From contig CAXXSP010000063.1 of assembly GCA_963676605.2 (NCBI GenBank), positions 26,182 to 90,181 on the forward strand: DNA of 64,000 nucleotides, in the 5' to 3' direction. This DNA comes from Sphaerochaetaceae bacterium. Its GTDB lineage: Bacteria; Spirochaetota; Spirochaetia; Sphaerochaetales; Sphaerochaetaceae. This document shows positions 29,287-37,929 of the stretch, one piece after another. Numbering within the stretch: position 1 is the stretch's first letter; every line of letters starts with the position of its first letter. The translations under genes were made by a program, and so were the position numbers. The notes below the pieces were generated by a model. The model saw only the letters and a list, made by a program, of their open reading frames with translations. It did no database searches and was not told the DNA's origin.

Positions 29287-29315
29287 TTGACGATTCAAGA
29301 GTATATGTATATAGT
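29287..29315 (+). promoter_or_regulatory. sigma70-like promoter (TTGACG-17 nt-TATAGT)
   Basis: Good -35 and -10 hexamers with 17-nt spacing, 37 nt upstream of the ferredoxin ATG. Confidence 0.5.
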
Positions 29316-29351
29316 CAGACTCAATACAACACGTTTGTGAGGAGTCCTATT

Positions 29352-29519
29352 ATGGCTTATTCAATCACCGATGCATGTGTTGCTTGCGGCTCATGCTTGC
29401 CGGAATGTCCGGTTGAGGCGATCAGCGAAGGCGATATCTACGTTATCGACGCTGATCTTTGTATCAGTTGCGGTGCTTGTGTGGATGCATGTCCCACCGG
29501 CGCAATTATCCCAGATTAA
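29352..29519 (+). CDS. 2x[4Fe-4S] ferredoxin
   Basis: 55 aa with [12 protein letters not shown] and [12 protein letters not shown] cluster motifs. GAGGAG RBS. Confidence 0.85.
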   Translation: MAYSITDACVACGSCLPECPVEAISEGDIYVIDADLCISCGACVDACPTGAIIPD

Positions 29520-29538
29520 GGGATACGCGACTTAAGAG

Positions 29539-29567
29539 AGGCAGCTCTTCGGAGCTGTCTTTTTATT
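29539..29567 (+). terminator. rho-independent terminator
   Basis: AGGCAGCTC-TTCG-GAGCTGTCT stem (9 bp, one G-U) followed by TTTTATT. Confidence 0.8.
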
Positions 29568-29582
29568 CTATAAGAGAAAGAT

Positions 29583-30191
29583 ATGACGATTCCATCACTG
29601 GTGATGATCCCCCTCTCCCTGATAAGTGCATTCCTGCTCTTTCACGGAGCTTTCTTCCGCTACTCAGCTCACATTGCACTTTTCTTCTCTTCTTTTCTGA
29701 CAGCCCATCTCGGAATACTGCTCCTACAGCAGGATGGGGGAGCTCCTACGGGAGAAAACCTCCTCACCTACGCGGCGGAGCTCAGATTCTATCAGGAACT
29801 GATCATCATAGCCGCAGCTGTTCTCATCACCTTCGTATTCATCCGCTATGCGCGAAAGGCTCTGCCGCCTCTCATCTCAGGTCTTTCATCAGCACTCCTC
29901 CCTCTTATGATCAGCTCACTGGCACAAGAGCCCCTGGCTCTCAACTGGTTCCTCATCCTCTGGGCAATAACGGCAGCTGCTCTCATCATAGCCGGTCACC
30001 TGAGAAGAGAATGGACAGCGATCGCCGGCTCCGCCGCTGCAGGAGGCCTGGCTCTCTCCCTCCTCTTCTCCTCCTTCTACTACTTCACCCGTCCTGTGAT
30101 GCTCATCCTCGCTCTCATACTTGCAGGATCGGGATTCGCCATCCAGAAGAGCACACGAAAGAAACGGCTGGCCGACGGAGAAGCGCAATGA
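29583..30191 (+). CDS. polytopic membrane protein, unknown family
   Basis: About 6 predicted TM helices and no recognised motif. The stop overlaps the start of the next gene (ATGA). Confidence 0.6.
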   Translation: MTIPSLVMIPLSLISAFLLFHGAFFRYSAHIALFFSSFLTAHLGILLLQQDGGAPTGENLLTYAAELRFYQELIIIAAAVLITFVFIRYARKALPPLISGLSSALLPLMISSLAQEPLALNWFLILWAITAAALIIAGHLRREWTAIAGSAAAGGLALSLLFSSFYYFTRPVMLILALILAGSGFAIQKSTRKKRLADGEAQ

Positions 30192-30832
30192 AAAAGGCGA
30201 AGAGTTTGCAGGAAGAAGAACTCACACCCCAGGAGAAAAAGAGTGCTGCTACACGGGACCGGCTTATACAGGCAACGATTACCTGTACAAGCAGGTATGG
30301 TCTCGGTCAGACGAGCACGATGAAAATATCTCAGAAGGCCGGAGTGTCCCGGGGTGCCATTCAGCACCATTTCCGAAACAAGGATGATCTGTTCCTTGCA
30401 GCGCTTACCTCGCTCTCTTCAGCTGCTTTGGAGTGCTTTTCGACGCCTCTACCTTACACCGGATCGATTGAAACCTACATCCCGCTCATCATCGAAACCC
30501 ACTGGACCATGTTCAGCAGGGACTCTCATATATTCTTTCTGGAAATGTGTCTCAAAGAGAGAGATAACGCTCAGATCAAAGCAGATATCAGAAGGTCTCT
30601 GGAACATTATAATACGGCCTATTTCCAGTGGTGGAGCACCATGCTCTCCCCCCTCGGTATTGACAAAGCAGTGATAGAGGAAACCGGAAGCATATCACTT
30701 GCGCTCATTCAGGGACTGCTCCATGATCTCGGGTACACTGACGATCCTGAGTATTTCAACGCATTTCTTCAGGCTATCAACGAGAGACTCCTCACCATGG
30801 TGAGACGGGGGTTGAACCATGACGAAGCGTAG
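30188..30832 (+). CDS. TetR/AcrR family transcriptional regulator (1 of 2)
   Basis: HTH RDRLIQATITCTSRYGLGQTSTMKISQKAGVSRGAIQHHFRNKDDLF. This is only the C-terminal 214 codons of the 457-aa track ORF. Confidence 0.85.
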   Translation: MKKAKSLQEEELTPQEKKSAATRDRLIQATITCTSRYGLGQTSTMKISQKAGVSRGAIQHHFRNKDDLFLAALTSLSSAALECFSTPLPYTGSIETYIPLIIETHWTMFSRDSHIFFLEMCLKERDNAQIKADIRRSLEHYNTAYFQWWSTMLSPLGIDKAVIEETGSISLALIQGLLHDLGYTDDPEYFNAFLQAINERLLTMVRRGLNHDEA

Positions 30833-31442
30833 AACCCAGAAGGAGCGGAGTGAAAAAACCCGCAACCGGATCATCACTGCCACGATCAAGTCCCTCGTCG
30901 AGGTGGGCTATAGAAATACAACAACGGAAAGGATTCTTGAGAAAGCAGGTGTTTCACGGGGTGCTCTTCAGCACCACTTCCCCACCAGAGACCTTCTGTT
31001 CGAAGAGGTCTTCACCTACGCACTCGACACCTCCTCTTTCGCACGGTTTCAGAAGCACTATGAATGGAAGGGCTCTTTAAGTGAATACCTCCATAAGATT
31101 CTGAATGAATTCTGGAGCTCCCACTCCTGGGCCTCTCACATCTTCCTGCTTGTCAAAGTTCTTGAGGTGTCCCGGAGGGACGAGGAAACGATGAGTTATG
31201 ACCGACGGCGATTCAGAGAATACACAGAAGCATTCAGCACCTGGTGGATGAATCTCTTCACCTCTATCCCGGTGAATATTCAGGAGGAGAAGATCCGTCA
31301 GTCGGGCCTCATCGCCCTTCTGATGATCAGAAGCCTTCTCTATAATATGGTCCACTTCACGGAAGAGGACCATAATACGAGACAGCTGGTTGAGATCGAA
31401 TCGACCGTCCTGACGATTCTGGAAGAGGGAATTACGAACTGA
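30819..31442 (+). CDS. TetR/AcrR family transcriptional regulator (2 of 2, paralogous)
   Basis: HTH RNRIITATIKSLVEVGYRNTTTERILEKAGVSRGALQHHFPTRDLLF. Overlaps the previous TetR gene by 14 nt. Confidence 0.85.
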   Translation: MTKRRTQKERSEKTRNRIITATIKSLVEVGYRNTTTERILEKAGVSRGALQHHFPTRDLLFEEVFTYALDTSSFARFQKHYEWKGSLSEYLHKILNEFWSSHSWASHIFLLVKVLEVSRRDEETMSYDRRRFREYTEAFSTWWMNLFTSIPVNIQEEKIRQSGLIALLMIRSLLYNMVHFTEEDHNTRQLVEIESTVLTILEEGITN

Positions 31443-32750
31443 AGTCGGAGGAGGTCTTCAGGATGATGGCAGAGACCTGCTCAACAGCAATGGGAAGTGT
31501 CCTCTCGTCGATATCGAAGGATCCGTTGTGGTGTGATGAGACCATATTCGTACCGTAGAGCATGAATATCGCCTTACCGCCGTGATCCTGGACCCGGCGC
31601 ATCATATAGGTGAAATCTTCACTTCCTCCACCGCCCATGCTTACATCTTCCAGAATTCCGTCGATACCCGGAAGGTTCTGTGCTGTCTGCTGAGCATATT
31701 CACCGTAATCATCACTGCTGAAGGCACTCTCTGCACTGCCCATGAAACGTGTCTCAAGACTCACATCATACATCTGTGCGGCACCTTCGAGAATTGAAAG
31801 CGTCCGCTCCCTGATGTAATCATTGATCTCACTCGTCTCTCCGCGGGTCTCAAGACGCAGGACAGCTTCAGAGGGGATGACGTTCCGTCCACTCCCGGCA
31901 TGCAGCGTTCCCACATTCACACGGGAGGAACCTCCGGAATGGCGTGGGATGGCGCTGATCGAGAGGGCAGCACTTGCCGCCGCGAGGAGAGCATTCTTCC
32001 CCTTCTCAGGTGAGCCGGCTGCATGAGACGGCACGCCGGTGAAGACGGCATCCAGTTTCGTGGTGGCGAAAAAGCCCCCCATCTTACACGCTGTTTTCCC
32101 GAGAGCATGTTCAATCACACCGATATGACCGCCCAGGATGTAATCAACATCATCAAGTATTCCCGAATCAGCGATCGACTTCGCTCCCCTGACACCTTCT
32201 TCACCGGGCTGGAAGATAAGCTTTACAGTACCTGAGAGGGAGTCCTTCATCTCCATAAGGACACGTGCGACACCAAGACCGATAGCAGTGTGGGTATCAT
32301 GGCCGCAGGCATGCATCATACCCTCATTGACAGAGGCAAAGCCTTCGGCAACTGGTCGGTGGTTTGTATCAGTTGTTTCGGTGACATCCACAGCATCCAT
32401 ATCAAAACGGGCCGCGATAACCGGACCCTTCACCGTTTTTCAGGGATACCGACTACTGCTGTGTATCCATTCTTCACCTGTTCGGCGAATTCCCGGTCAG
32501 CTCCCTGGGATAGTGCCCGTTCATACTGCAGGTCGAGATGCTCCTGAGAAGGGAGACCCATGCGGGAATCTTCATTCATCACCTCTTTTCCTACAAGAAC
32601 CTCAAAGCCGAGCTCGGTGAGCTGGCGGGCGACGAGGGAAGCCGTCCTGATCTCGAACCAGGCTGTTTCTGCGTAATGGTGAAAATCTCTTCTGTTTCGG
32701 ATGACCGAATCAGTGATCGATTCCGCTATTGAATGTATCTTTTCGTACAT
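31432..32750 (-). pseudogene. M20-family amidohydrolase (AbgA/AbgB-like), interrupted by a 1-nt frameshift
   Basis: The N-terminal 106 codons (32430-32750) end ...GYTAVVGIPEKR-stop. The remainder (31432-32433) starts KGPVIAARFDMDA...HACGHDTH. Adding one base to the T5 run at 32436-32440 restores a single frame. Confidence 0.8.
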
Positions 32751-32836
32751 GCGTTCTCCTTCTGCGGTAAAAAAGACGGACGAGGTATCCCATCCGTCTT
32801 CAGTGTAATAGATTCCAGTGTGGCTTCCAACCAGAT

Positions 32837-34375
32837 TTAGAGGAAGACTCCTACTCCGGGTCCGAGAGGAATTCTGAACAGGAACCAGATCACAATCATG
32901 ATGATCCAGGCCAGTGCATAGAACATGGAGTATGGAACACCCCACGCGATAAGAGAACCCATGCTTGCATTCTTGTCATAGCGCTGCATGAACCCGAGAG
33001 CCATGACGAAGTATGGACTTACCGGAGATATCGCGTTCGTTGTAGAGTCTCCGATACGGTAGGCAAGCTGTGCGAACTCAGGAGAGTAGTCGAGCGTCAT
33101 GAACAGGGGCACAAGGATAGGAGCAAGAATCGCCCACTTCGCCGATGAGCTTCCGATGAAGATATTGATCAGCATCGTGATGAAGATGACGAGGATGATG
33201 AAACCGATTCCGCCCATGTTCATTGACTTGAGCCATCCACCGAGGCTGACCGACAGGACAGATCCGAGATTTGACCAGTTGAACAGAGCCATGAACTGTG
33301 CGCTGATGAAGAACAGGACGATCGCGGATGCGATCCCCTTCACAGCCTTGGCCATCAGAGCCGGCACATCAGCAGAACTTTTGATGACACCGGTCTCTTT
33401 ACCGAAGACCACGCCGATGATGAGGAACCAGGCGAACAGGAATGCGACAAGAGACTTGAGGAACGGAGTGATCGTACCGTTCGCATCCCTGAAGGGCGCC
33501 CAGGAGGGAACAACAAGAATCAAGGTGACAATCACGAAAAGAATCGATGCGATTCCAGCCTTCTTCAGCCCTCTCTGCTCTTCGGCGGTGAGATCATAGC
33601 TGCCGACATCTTCAAGTTCGATATCTGCCGGCTTGATATAGGGTCCAGCCTGCTTCTCTACCCAGCGGATTGTGATCCAGGTACCGAGAACGGTCATGAC
33701 AAGCGTGGACATGATCATGAAGTAATAGTTGGCAGTGGGAAGAACCTGATAGGTCGGATCGATGAACTGCGCTGCCGGTGTGCTGATACCCGCGAGGAGG
33801 ACATCTGTTCCTGCGACCAGGAGGTTTGCTGTGAACCCGGCAGTTGCTGCAGCATACCCTGCAACGACACCGACCAGAGGATTCCGCTTTGCTGCATAGA
33901 AGATCGAACCGGCAAGAGGCGGGATAAGAACAACGGCGACATCACTTGCGATATTACCGCAGATACCTACGAGGATGATTGCCGAGACCAGGAGCTTTTC
34001 GGGCGCTTTCATGATGAACTTCTTCATGAACGCACCGATAAGTCCGGTCGATTCAGCTACCCCGACGCCGAGAAGCATTGTGATGACAAGACCGAGTGCC
34101 GGGTAGGCGGCGAAGTTCTTGTAGAGATTCATGAAGACCCAGACGATACCCTCTTTACTGAGAAGATTCTTGACTGCAACCTCCTTCCCGGTCACCGGGT
34201 GGGTTGCGCTTGATCCCGCAAGGGAAAGGGCAAAAGAGAGAATGATTGTGATGATGATGAGACCTACGAAGATCATGAACGGATGAGGGAGCCGGTTTCC
34301 GGCTTTCTCGATCCTGCTGATCATGCGGACCATCAGAGACTCTTTCGGATGTGCAGTTTTCTTCTGAGCAGACAT
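32837..34375 (-). CDS. abgT: AbgT family (p-aminobenzoyl-glutamate/YdaH-MtrF type) transporter
   Basis: N-terminal RIEKAGNRLPHPFMIF signature, 512 aa, polytopic. Lies upstream of the M20 hydrolase as in abg-type operons. Confidence 0.9.
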   Translation of the reverse strand: MSAQKKTAHPKESLMVRMISRIEKAGNRLPHPFMIFVGLIIITIILSFALSLAGSSATHPVTGKEVAVKNLLSKEGIVWVFMNLYKNFAAYPALGLVITMLLGVGVAESTGLIGAFMKKFIMKAPEKLLVSAIILVGICGNIASDVAVVLIPPLAGSIFYAAKRNPLVGVVAGYAAATAGFTANLLVAGTDVLLAGISTPAAQFIDPTYQVLPTANYYFMIMSTLVMTVLGTWITIRWVEKQAGPYIKPADIELEDVGSYDLTAEEQRGLKKAGIASILFVIVTLILVVPSWAPFRDANGTITPFLKSLVAFLFAWFLIIGVVFGKETGVIKSSADVPALMAKAVKGIASAIVLFFISAQFMALFNWSNLGSVLSVSLGGWLKSMNMGGIGFIILVIFITMLINIFIGSSSAKWAILAPILVPLFMTLDYSPEFAQLAYRIGDSTTNAISPVSPYFVMALGFMQRYDKNASMGSLIAWGVPYSMFYALAWIIMIVIWFLFRIPLGPGVGVFL

Positions 34376-34567
34376 CTCTACCTCCTGATAGATACAATAT
34401 AAACTGTATGTTTTTCATTACAGTAAATTACAACCGTTTAGTTGTCAAGAGATAATTTTCTACGTTATAAAAATTACTAAACCGAAAAGGGTGTGAAAAT
34501 AAAACACAACACCAAGGACAAAAAGAAAGCAGTAAGGCGAAGCTTTACCTATTGGTAGCGTAAGCTT

Positions 34568-34942
34568 CTACCAGAGAGCAAACCTGCAGTTTTCAAGCAT
34601 AGACCTATCCCTCGACAGCAAATGAGCCTCTCGGTATGTCGCATGAGCTGCTATAATACGGTCAAATGGATCGCGAGTCCAAGAAGGAGAGCATGCGGTT
34701 TCAATGATGGGAAGAAATGAAAGCGGATCAGGTTCCAGACCTATCAATTCTGAGAGCTGTTCTAGAATATCTTCGGCGGGTACGTTTATCCGATGTATTT
34801 CAAACAGGTACTGCAGTTCAAAAGCCGCCATCGGTGAATAAACAAGGTTCTCTTCTTCAATCAAGGCCTTTCCTGCACTGCTGAATTTATCCATTTCATT
34901 GTTATACAGCCATATGATTGCATGTGTATCAAGAAAAAGCAT
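34568..34942 (-). CDS. vapC: PIN-domain toxin, VapC family
   Basis: Acidic PIN residues in LFLDTHAIIW, AAFELQ and TRDPFDRIIAAHA, 124 aa. The start overlaps the antitoxin stop by 1 nt. Confidence 0.85.
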   Translation of the reverse strand: MLFLDTHAIIWLYNNEMDKFSSAGKALIEEENLVYSPMAAFELQYLFEIHRINVPAEDILEQLSELIGLEPDPLSFLPIIETACSPSWTRDPFDRIIAAHATYREAHLLSRDRSMLENCRFALW

Positions 34943-35175
34943 CAGATTTCAGGCTCTTTTGACCACATGTTCTCCCAGTGTATATCTGGAAGATCATCTG
35001 AATCTCCGATGACACAGTTACGAGTAATAAGTCGGTCTAGTTTACTCACAGGTTTCTCCGGGACAATCTTCAGTTTTTTCCCGTGACGTTCAATAATAAC
35101 GGGAATCCCTGTTTCCAGGATTTCGTCAAGAACCGAGTATATTGATTTTCTTAATGTCGTCGCCGTATAGGTCAT
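34942..35175 (-). CDS. Phd/YefM-family antitoxin
   Basis: MTYTATTLRKSIYSVLDEILETGIPVIIERHGKKLKIV, typical Phd/YefM N-terminus. ATG at 35175 preceded by GGGAGA. Confidence 0.8.
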   Translation of the reverse strand: MTYTATTLRKSIYSVLDEILETGIPVIIERHGKKLKIVPEKPVSKLDRLITRNCVIGDSDDLPDIHWENMWSKEPEI

Positions 35176-35206
35176 ATTATTCTCCCTACCCCCAATACTA
35201 CACGAC

Positions 35207-35240
35207 ACACGTACGTATTTCAATATTAGAACGTACGTGT
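35207..35240 (-). promoter_or_regulatory. candidate TA autoregulatory operator
   Basis: ACACGTACGT (35207-35216) and ACGTACGTGT (35231-35240) form a perfect 10-bp inverted repeat. It contains two ACGTACGT palindromes 22 bp apart, 32-65 nt upstream of the antitoxin ATG. Confidence 0.45.
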
Positions 35241-35425
35241 ATGCATGAGATAATTTTCTGCGTATTTAAAAAACTTCAGGCTCTTGAAATCGATCACAGA
35301 CATACAGGAAACGCAGGTATGAAATGAGTACACTCCCTCTGTATTCATTGAATTTATCACTGATTTGTGAGACATTTGAACCTGTTCAGGTTCTGTCCAC
35401 AGAAACCTGAGAAGGAGAAAAGAGC

Positions 35426-36634
35426 ATGCCTGAAGCTCAGGTATACAGCGTAAGTGCCATCACCAATGTAATAAAGACTCAGCTCGAGATGCAGTTTCCG
35501 AGAATCATGGTCACCGGTGAGATCAGTAATTTCCGCCCCGCTGCGAGCGGGCACTTCTATTTTGCCGTGATGGATGCGCACAGCTCTCTTTCGGTGGTGA
35601 TGTTCCGTTCCCGGCAGAGGAACGTACCGTTCCGCCCCAAGGACGGCGATAAGGTGATCATTACCGGCGGTATCAGCGTGTATCAGGCACGGGGAACCTA
35701 CCAGCTTATTGCAGAGTCGATGCGATATGCAGGAGAAGGAGATATCCTCGCACTTCTCGAAGAGCGCAAGCGCAGGTATGCTGCACTCGGTTACTTTGAT
35801 GAAGAGCGCAAGAAACCTATTCCTCCCTTTCCGAAGACGATCGGAGTTGTTACGAGCGAGACCGGTGCCGCCATACGTGATATCCTGAATGTTCTTGAGC
35901 GGAGAAGCAGGGGTGCCCGCATCATCATCTTCCCTACCCTCGTGCAGGGAGAGAAAGCCGGAGAGATGATCGCACGCAGGATAGATCAGGCGGCACGCAT
36001 GGCTGATCTGGATGTGCTCATCGTTACACGTGGAGGCGGGTCGATTGAAGATCTGCTCCCGTTCAGTGAAGAAAGGGTCATCGAGGCGGTGTACCGCTGC
36101 CCTATCCCTCTTATCAGCGCCGTAGGCCATGAGATCGATCATGCCCTGTGTGACTATGTGGCAGATATGCGCACTCCGACGCCCTCAGCCGCGGCAGAGG
36201 TGGTGAGCACCTCCTACGCTACGATTATCGAACGGTTCGATTCCTCCCGCAGAGAGATTGCATTGACTATGAATCACCGTATCCGTGCAGCGCGCTCCCT
36301 CATGCAGCTGAACTCTCCGGATATGATGCAGGAAGCGATCCGATCACGTCTCAGGGAGTACACCCAGAAAAATGACGAGCTGTACAGTTCATCAGAACAG
36401 TTCGTCTCTCTGAAGATACGGGAGAGGAAACAGGAGCTGAGAACCTGGTCAGAGAAACTGCAGGCTCTCAGCCCACTCAGTATCCTCTCGAGAGGCTATG
36501 CGATCGTGACGAAGACGGGAGATGCTACTCCCCTGAGGAGTGCCGACCAGGCAGAATCAGGAGAAAAACTGTCAATACGGCTCCACAGCGGTTCTCTCGA
36601 TGCGACAGCAGACAGCATATACAAGGAAGGATGA
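35426..36634 (+). CDS. xseA: exodeoxyribonuclease VII large subunit
   Basis: OB-fold N-terminus (VSAITNVIKTQLE...VTGEISNF...SGHFYF) followed by RGGGSIEDL motif. Confidence 0.9.
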   Translation: MPEAQVYSVSAITNVIKTQLEMQFPRIMVTGEISNFRPAASGHFYFAVMDAHSSLSVVMFRSRQRNVPFRPKDGDKVIITGGISVYQARGTYQLIAESMRYAGEGDILALLEERKRRYAALGYFDEERKKPIPPFPKTIGVVTSETGAAIRDILNVLERRSRGARIIIFPTLVQGEKAGEMIARRIDQAARMADLDVLIVTRGGGSIEDLLPFSEERVIEAVYRCPIPLISAVGHEIDHALCDYVADMRTPTPSAAAEVVSTSYATIIERFDSSRREIALTMNHRIRAARSLMQLNSPDMMQEAIRSRLREYTQKNDELYSSSEQFVSLKIRERKQELRTWSEKLQALSPLSILSRGYAIVTKTGDATPLRSADQAESGEKLSIRLHSGSLDATADSIYKEG

Positions 36635-36879
36635 AGGATATGAATATTGAAGAGAAACTTGAACGGATGGAGAGAATTACCCGCTCCCTGAAAGATGAGA
36701 CAACTCCTCTTGAAGAGGCCCTGAGCCTTTTTGAGGAAGGAATCAGTATCGGACGGGAAGTTGAGAAGAGCCTCAATGAAGCGGAAAGGAAGGTAGAGAT
36801 CATTCTCAACGGAGACACCGATGAAGGAGAACTGCACACCGGAGAGTTCGAGAGTGCAGAACCTTTCGAGCTCAGCTGA
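36631..36879 (+). CDS. xseB: exodeoxyribonuclease VII small subunit
   Basis: EEKLERMERITRSLKDETTPLEEALSLFEEGISIGREVEKSL. 4-nt overlap with xseA. Confidence 0.85.
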   Translation: MKDMNIEEKLERMERITRSLKDETTPLEEALSLFEEGISIGREVEKSLNEAERKVEIILNGDTDEGELHTGEFESAEPFELS

Positions 36880-36960
36880 AAGGGAACATCCCTCTCCAGT
36901 TGCAAGTGAGGGAACTCCTCGCTATACTACCTCCCAGAACATAAGGAAACGCACGATACC

Positions 36961-37821
36961 ATGAATAAGATCATTTTCCTCATACAGTGTGAGGACCGCA
37001 AGGGACTCCTTGCAGAAATCAGTCAGTACTTCTACTCACGGGGATATAACATCCTGCACTGCCAGCAGCACAGTGATACGATCGGGAAGCGCTACTACAT
37101 GCGCCTTGAGCTCGACCTCGCCGACCTGAGCACGACACGCAAGGCGCTGCAGGAAGAATTTGCTGTATTTGCAGACTCTCTTTCACTCACCTGGGAATGT
37201 CACTTCACCGATTATAAATCGAGAGTTGCTATTCTTGTCAGTAAGACAAGCCATACCCTTTTCGATCTCCTCAGCCGTCATCATGAGGGAGACCTTGCCT
37301 GCGAGATACCCCTTATCATATCAAACCACCCTGACCTCGAGCATATCGCAGACCAGTTCAAGATTCCCTACTACTATCTCCCGATAGAGAAAGGGAAGAA
37401 AGAGGAACAGGAGATGAAAATCCGTGATCTGCTGAAGAAACACCATATCGACCTGGTAGTGCTCGCACGGTACATGCAGATCCTGACAAGCGATTTCACC
37501 CAGGAATGGTACGGACGGATCATCAATATTCATCACGCCTTCCTCCCTGCTTTTCAGGGTGCAAATCCGTACAGAAGAGCATATGAACGCGGGGTGAAGA
37601 TGATCGGGGCAACGGCACATTATGCCTCAGAAGATCTGGACCAGGGTCCGATCATCGAACAGGATGTAGTGAGAGTGAATCACGAGCTCACTCCCGATGC
37701 CTTACGGAAAGTAGGAAAAGATGTGGAAAGAAGGGTGCTGACCCGTGCGGTGGAATCACATCTCGAACACAGAATCATCATCTGGCAGAACAGAACAGTA
37801 GTGTTTTCCGCGGCCCATTGA
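36961..37821 (+). CDS. purU: formyltetrahydrofolate deformylase
   Basis: N-terminal ACT domain (CEDRKGLLAEISQYF) and formyltransferase core (LVVLARYMQIL...IINIHHAFLPAFQGANPY). Confidence 0.9.
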   Translation: MNKIIFLIQCEDRKGLLAEISQYFYSRGYNILHCQQHSDTIGKRYYMRLELDLADLSTTRKALQEEFAVFADSLSLTWECHFTDYKSRVAILVSKTSHTLFDLLSRHHEGDLACEIPLIISNHPDLEHIADQFKIPYYYLPIEKGKKEEQEMKIRDLLKKHHIDLVVLARYMQILTSDFTQEWYGRIINIHHAFLPAFQGANPYRRAYERGVKMIGATAHYASEDLDQGPIIEQDVVRVNHELTPDALRKVGKDVERRVLTRAVESHLEHRIIIWQNRTVVFSAAH

Positions 37822-37845
37822 CGAATAGGCTGACGCCTATTCGTC
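37820..37845 (+). terminator. perfect 11-bp hairpin overlapping the purU stop (no clear U-tract)
   Basis: GACGAATAGGC-TGAC-GCCTATTCGTC. Confidence 0.35.
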
Positions 37846-37929
37846 TGAGCAGTTTCTCACCAATCTGCATCAGTTTTTATCACCTGACGCCAATTCGTCT
37901 CCTCGATTTCCGAGGCACATGATCTTTGA

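Noticed and set aside
29459-30187. N-terminal 243 codons of the 457-aa track ORF
   Set aside because: The translation is Arg/Ser/Pro/Leu-rich and out of frame over the ferredoxin 3' end, its terminator and the 6-TM gene. Only the part from the ATG at 30188 (TetR HTH) is credible.
32751-32945. N-terminal extension of the 171-aa track ORF, overlapping the abgT 3' end
   Set aside because: The M20-like sequence begins at MYEKIHS (ATG at 32750). The upstream part overlaps abgT coding sequence and has no homology-like features.
35357-36142. 261-aa minus-strand ORF
   Set aside because: It is antisense to xseA, which has clear family motifs. There is no RBS or motif support.
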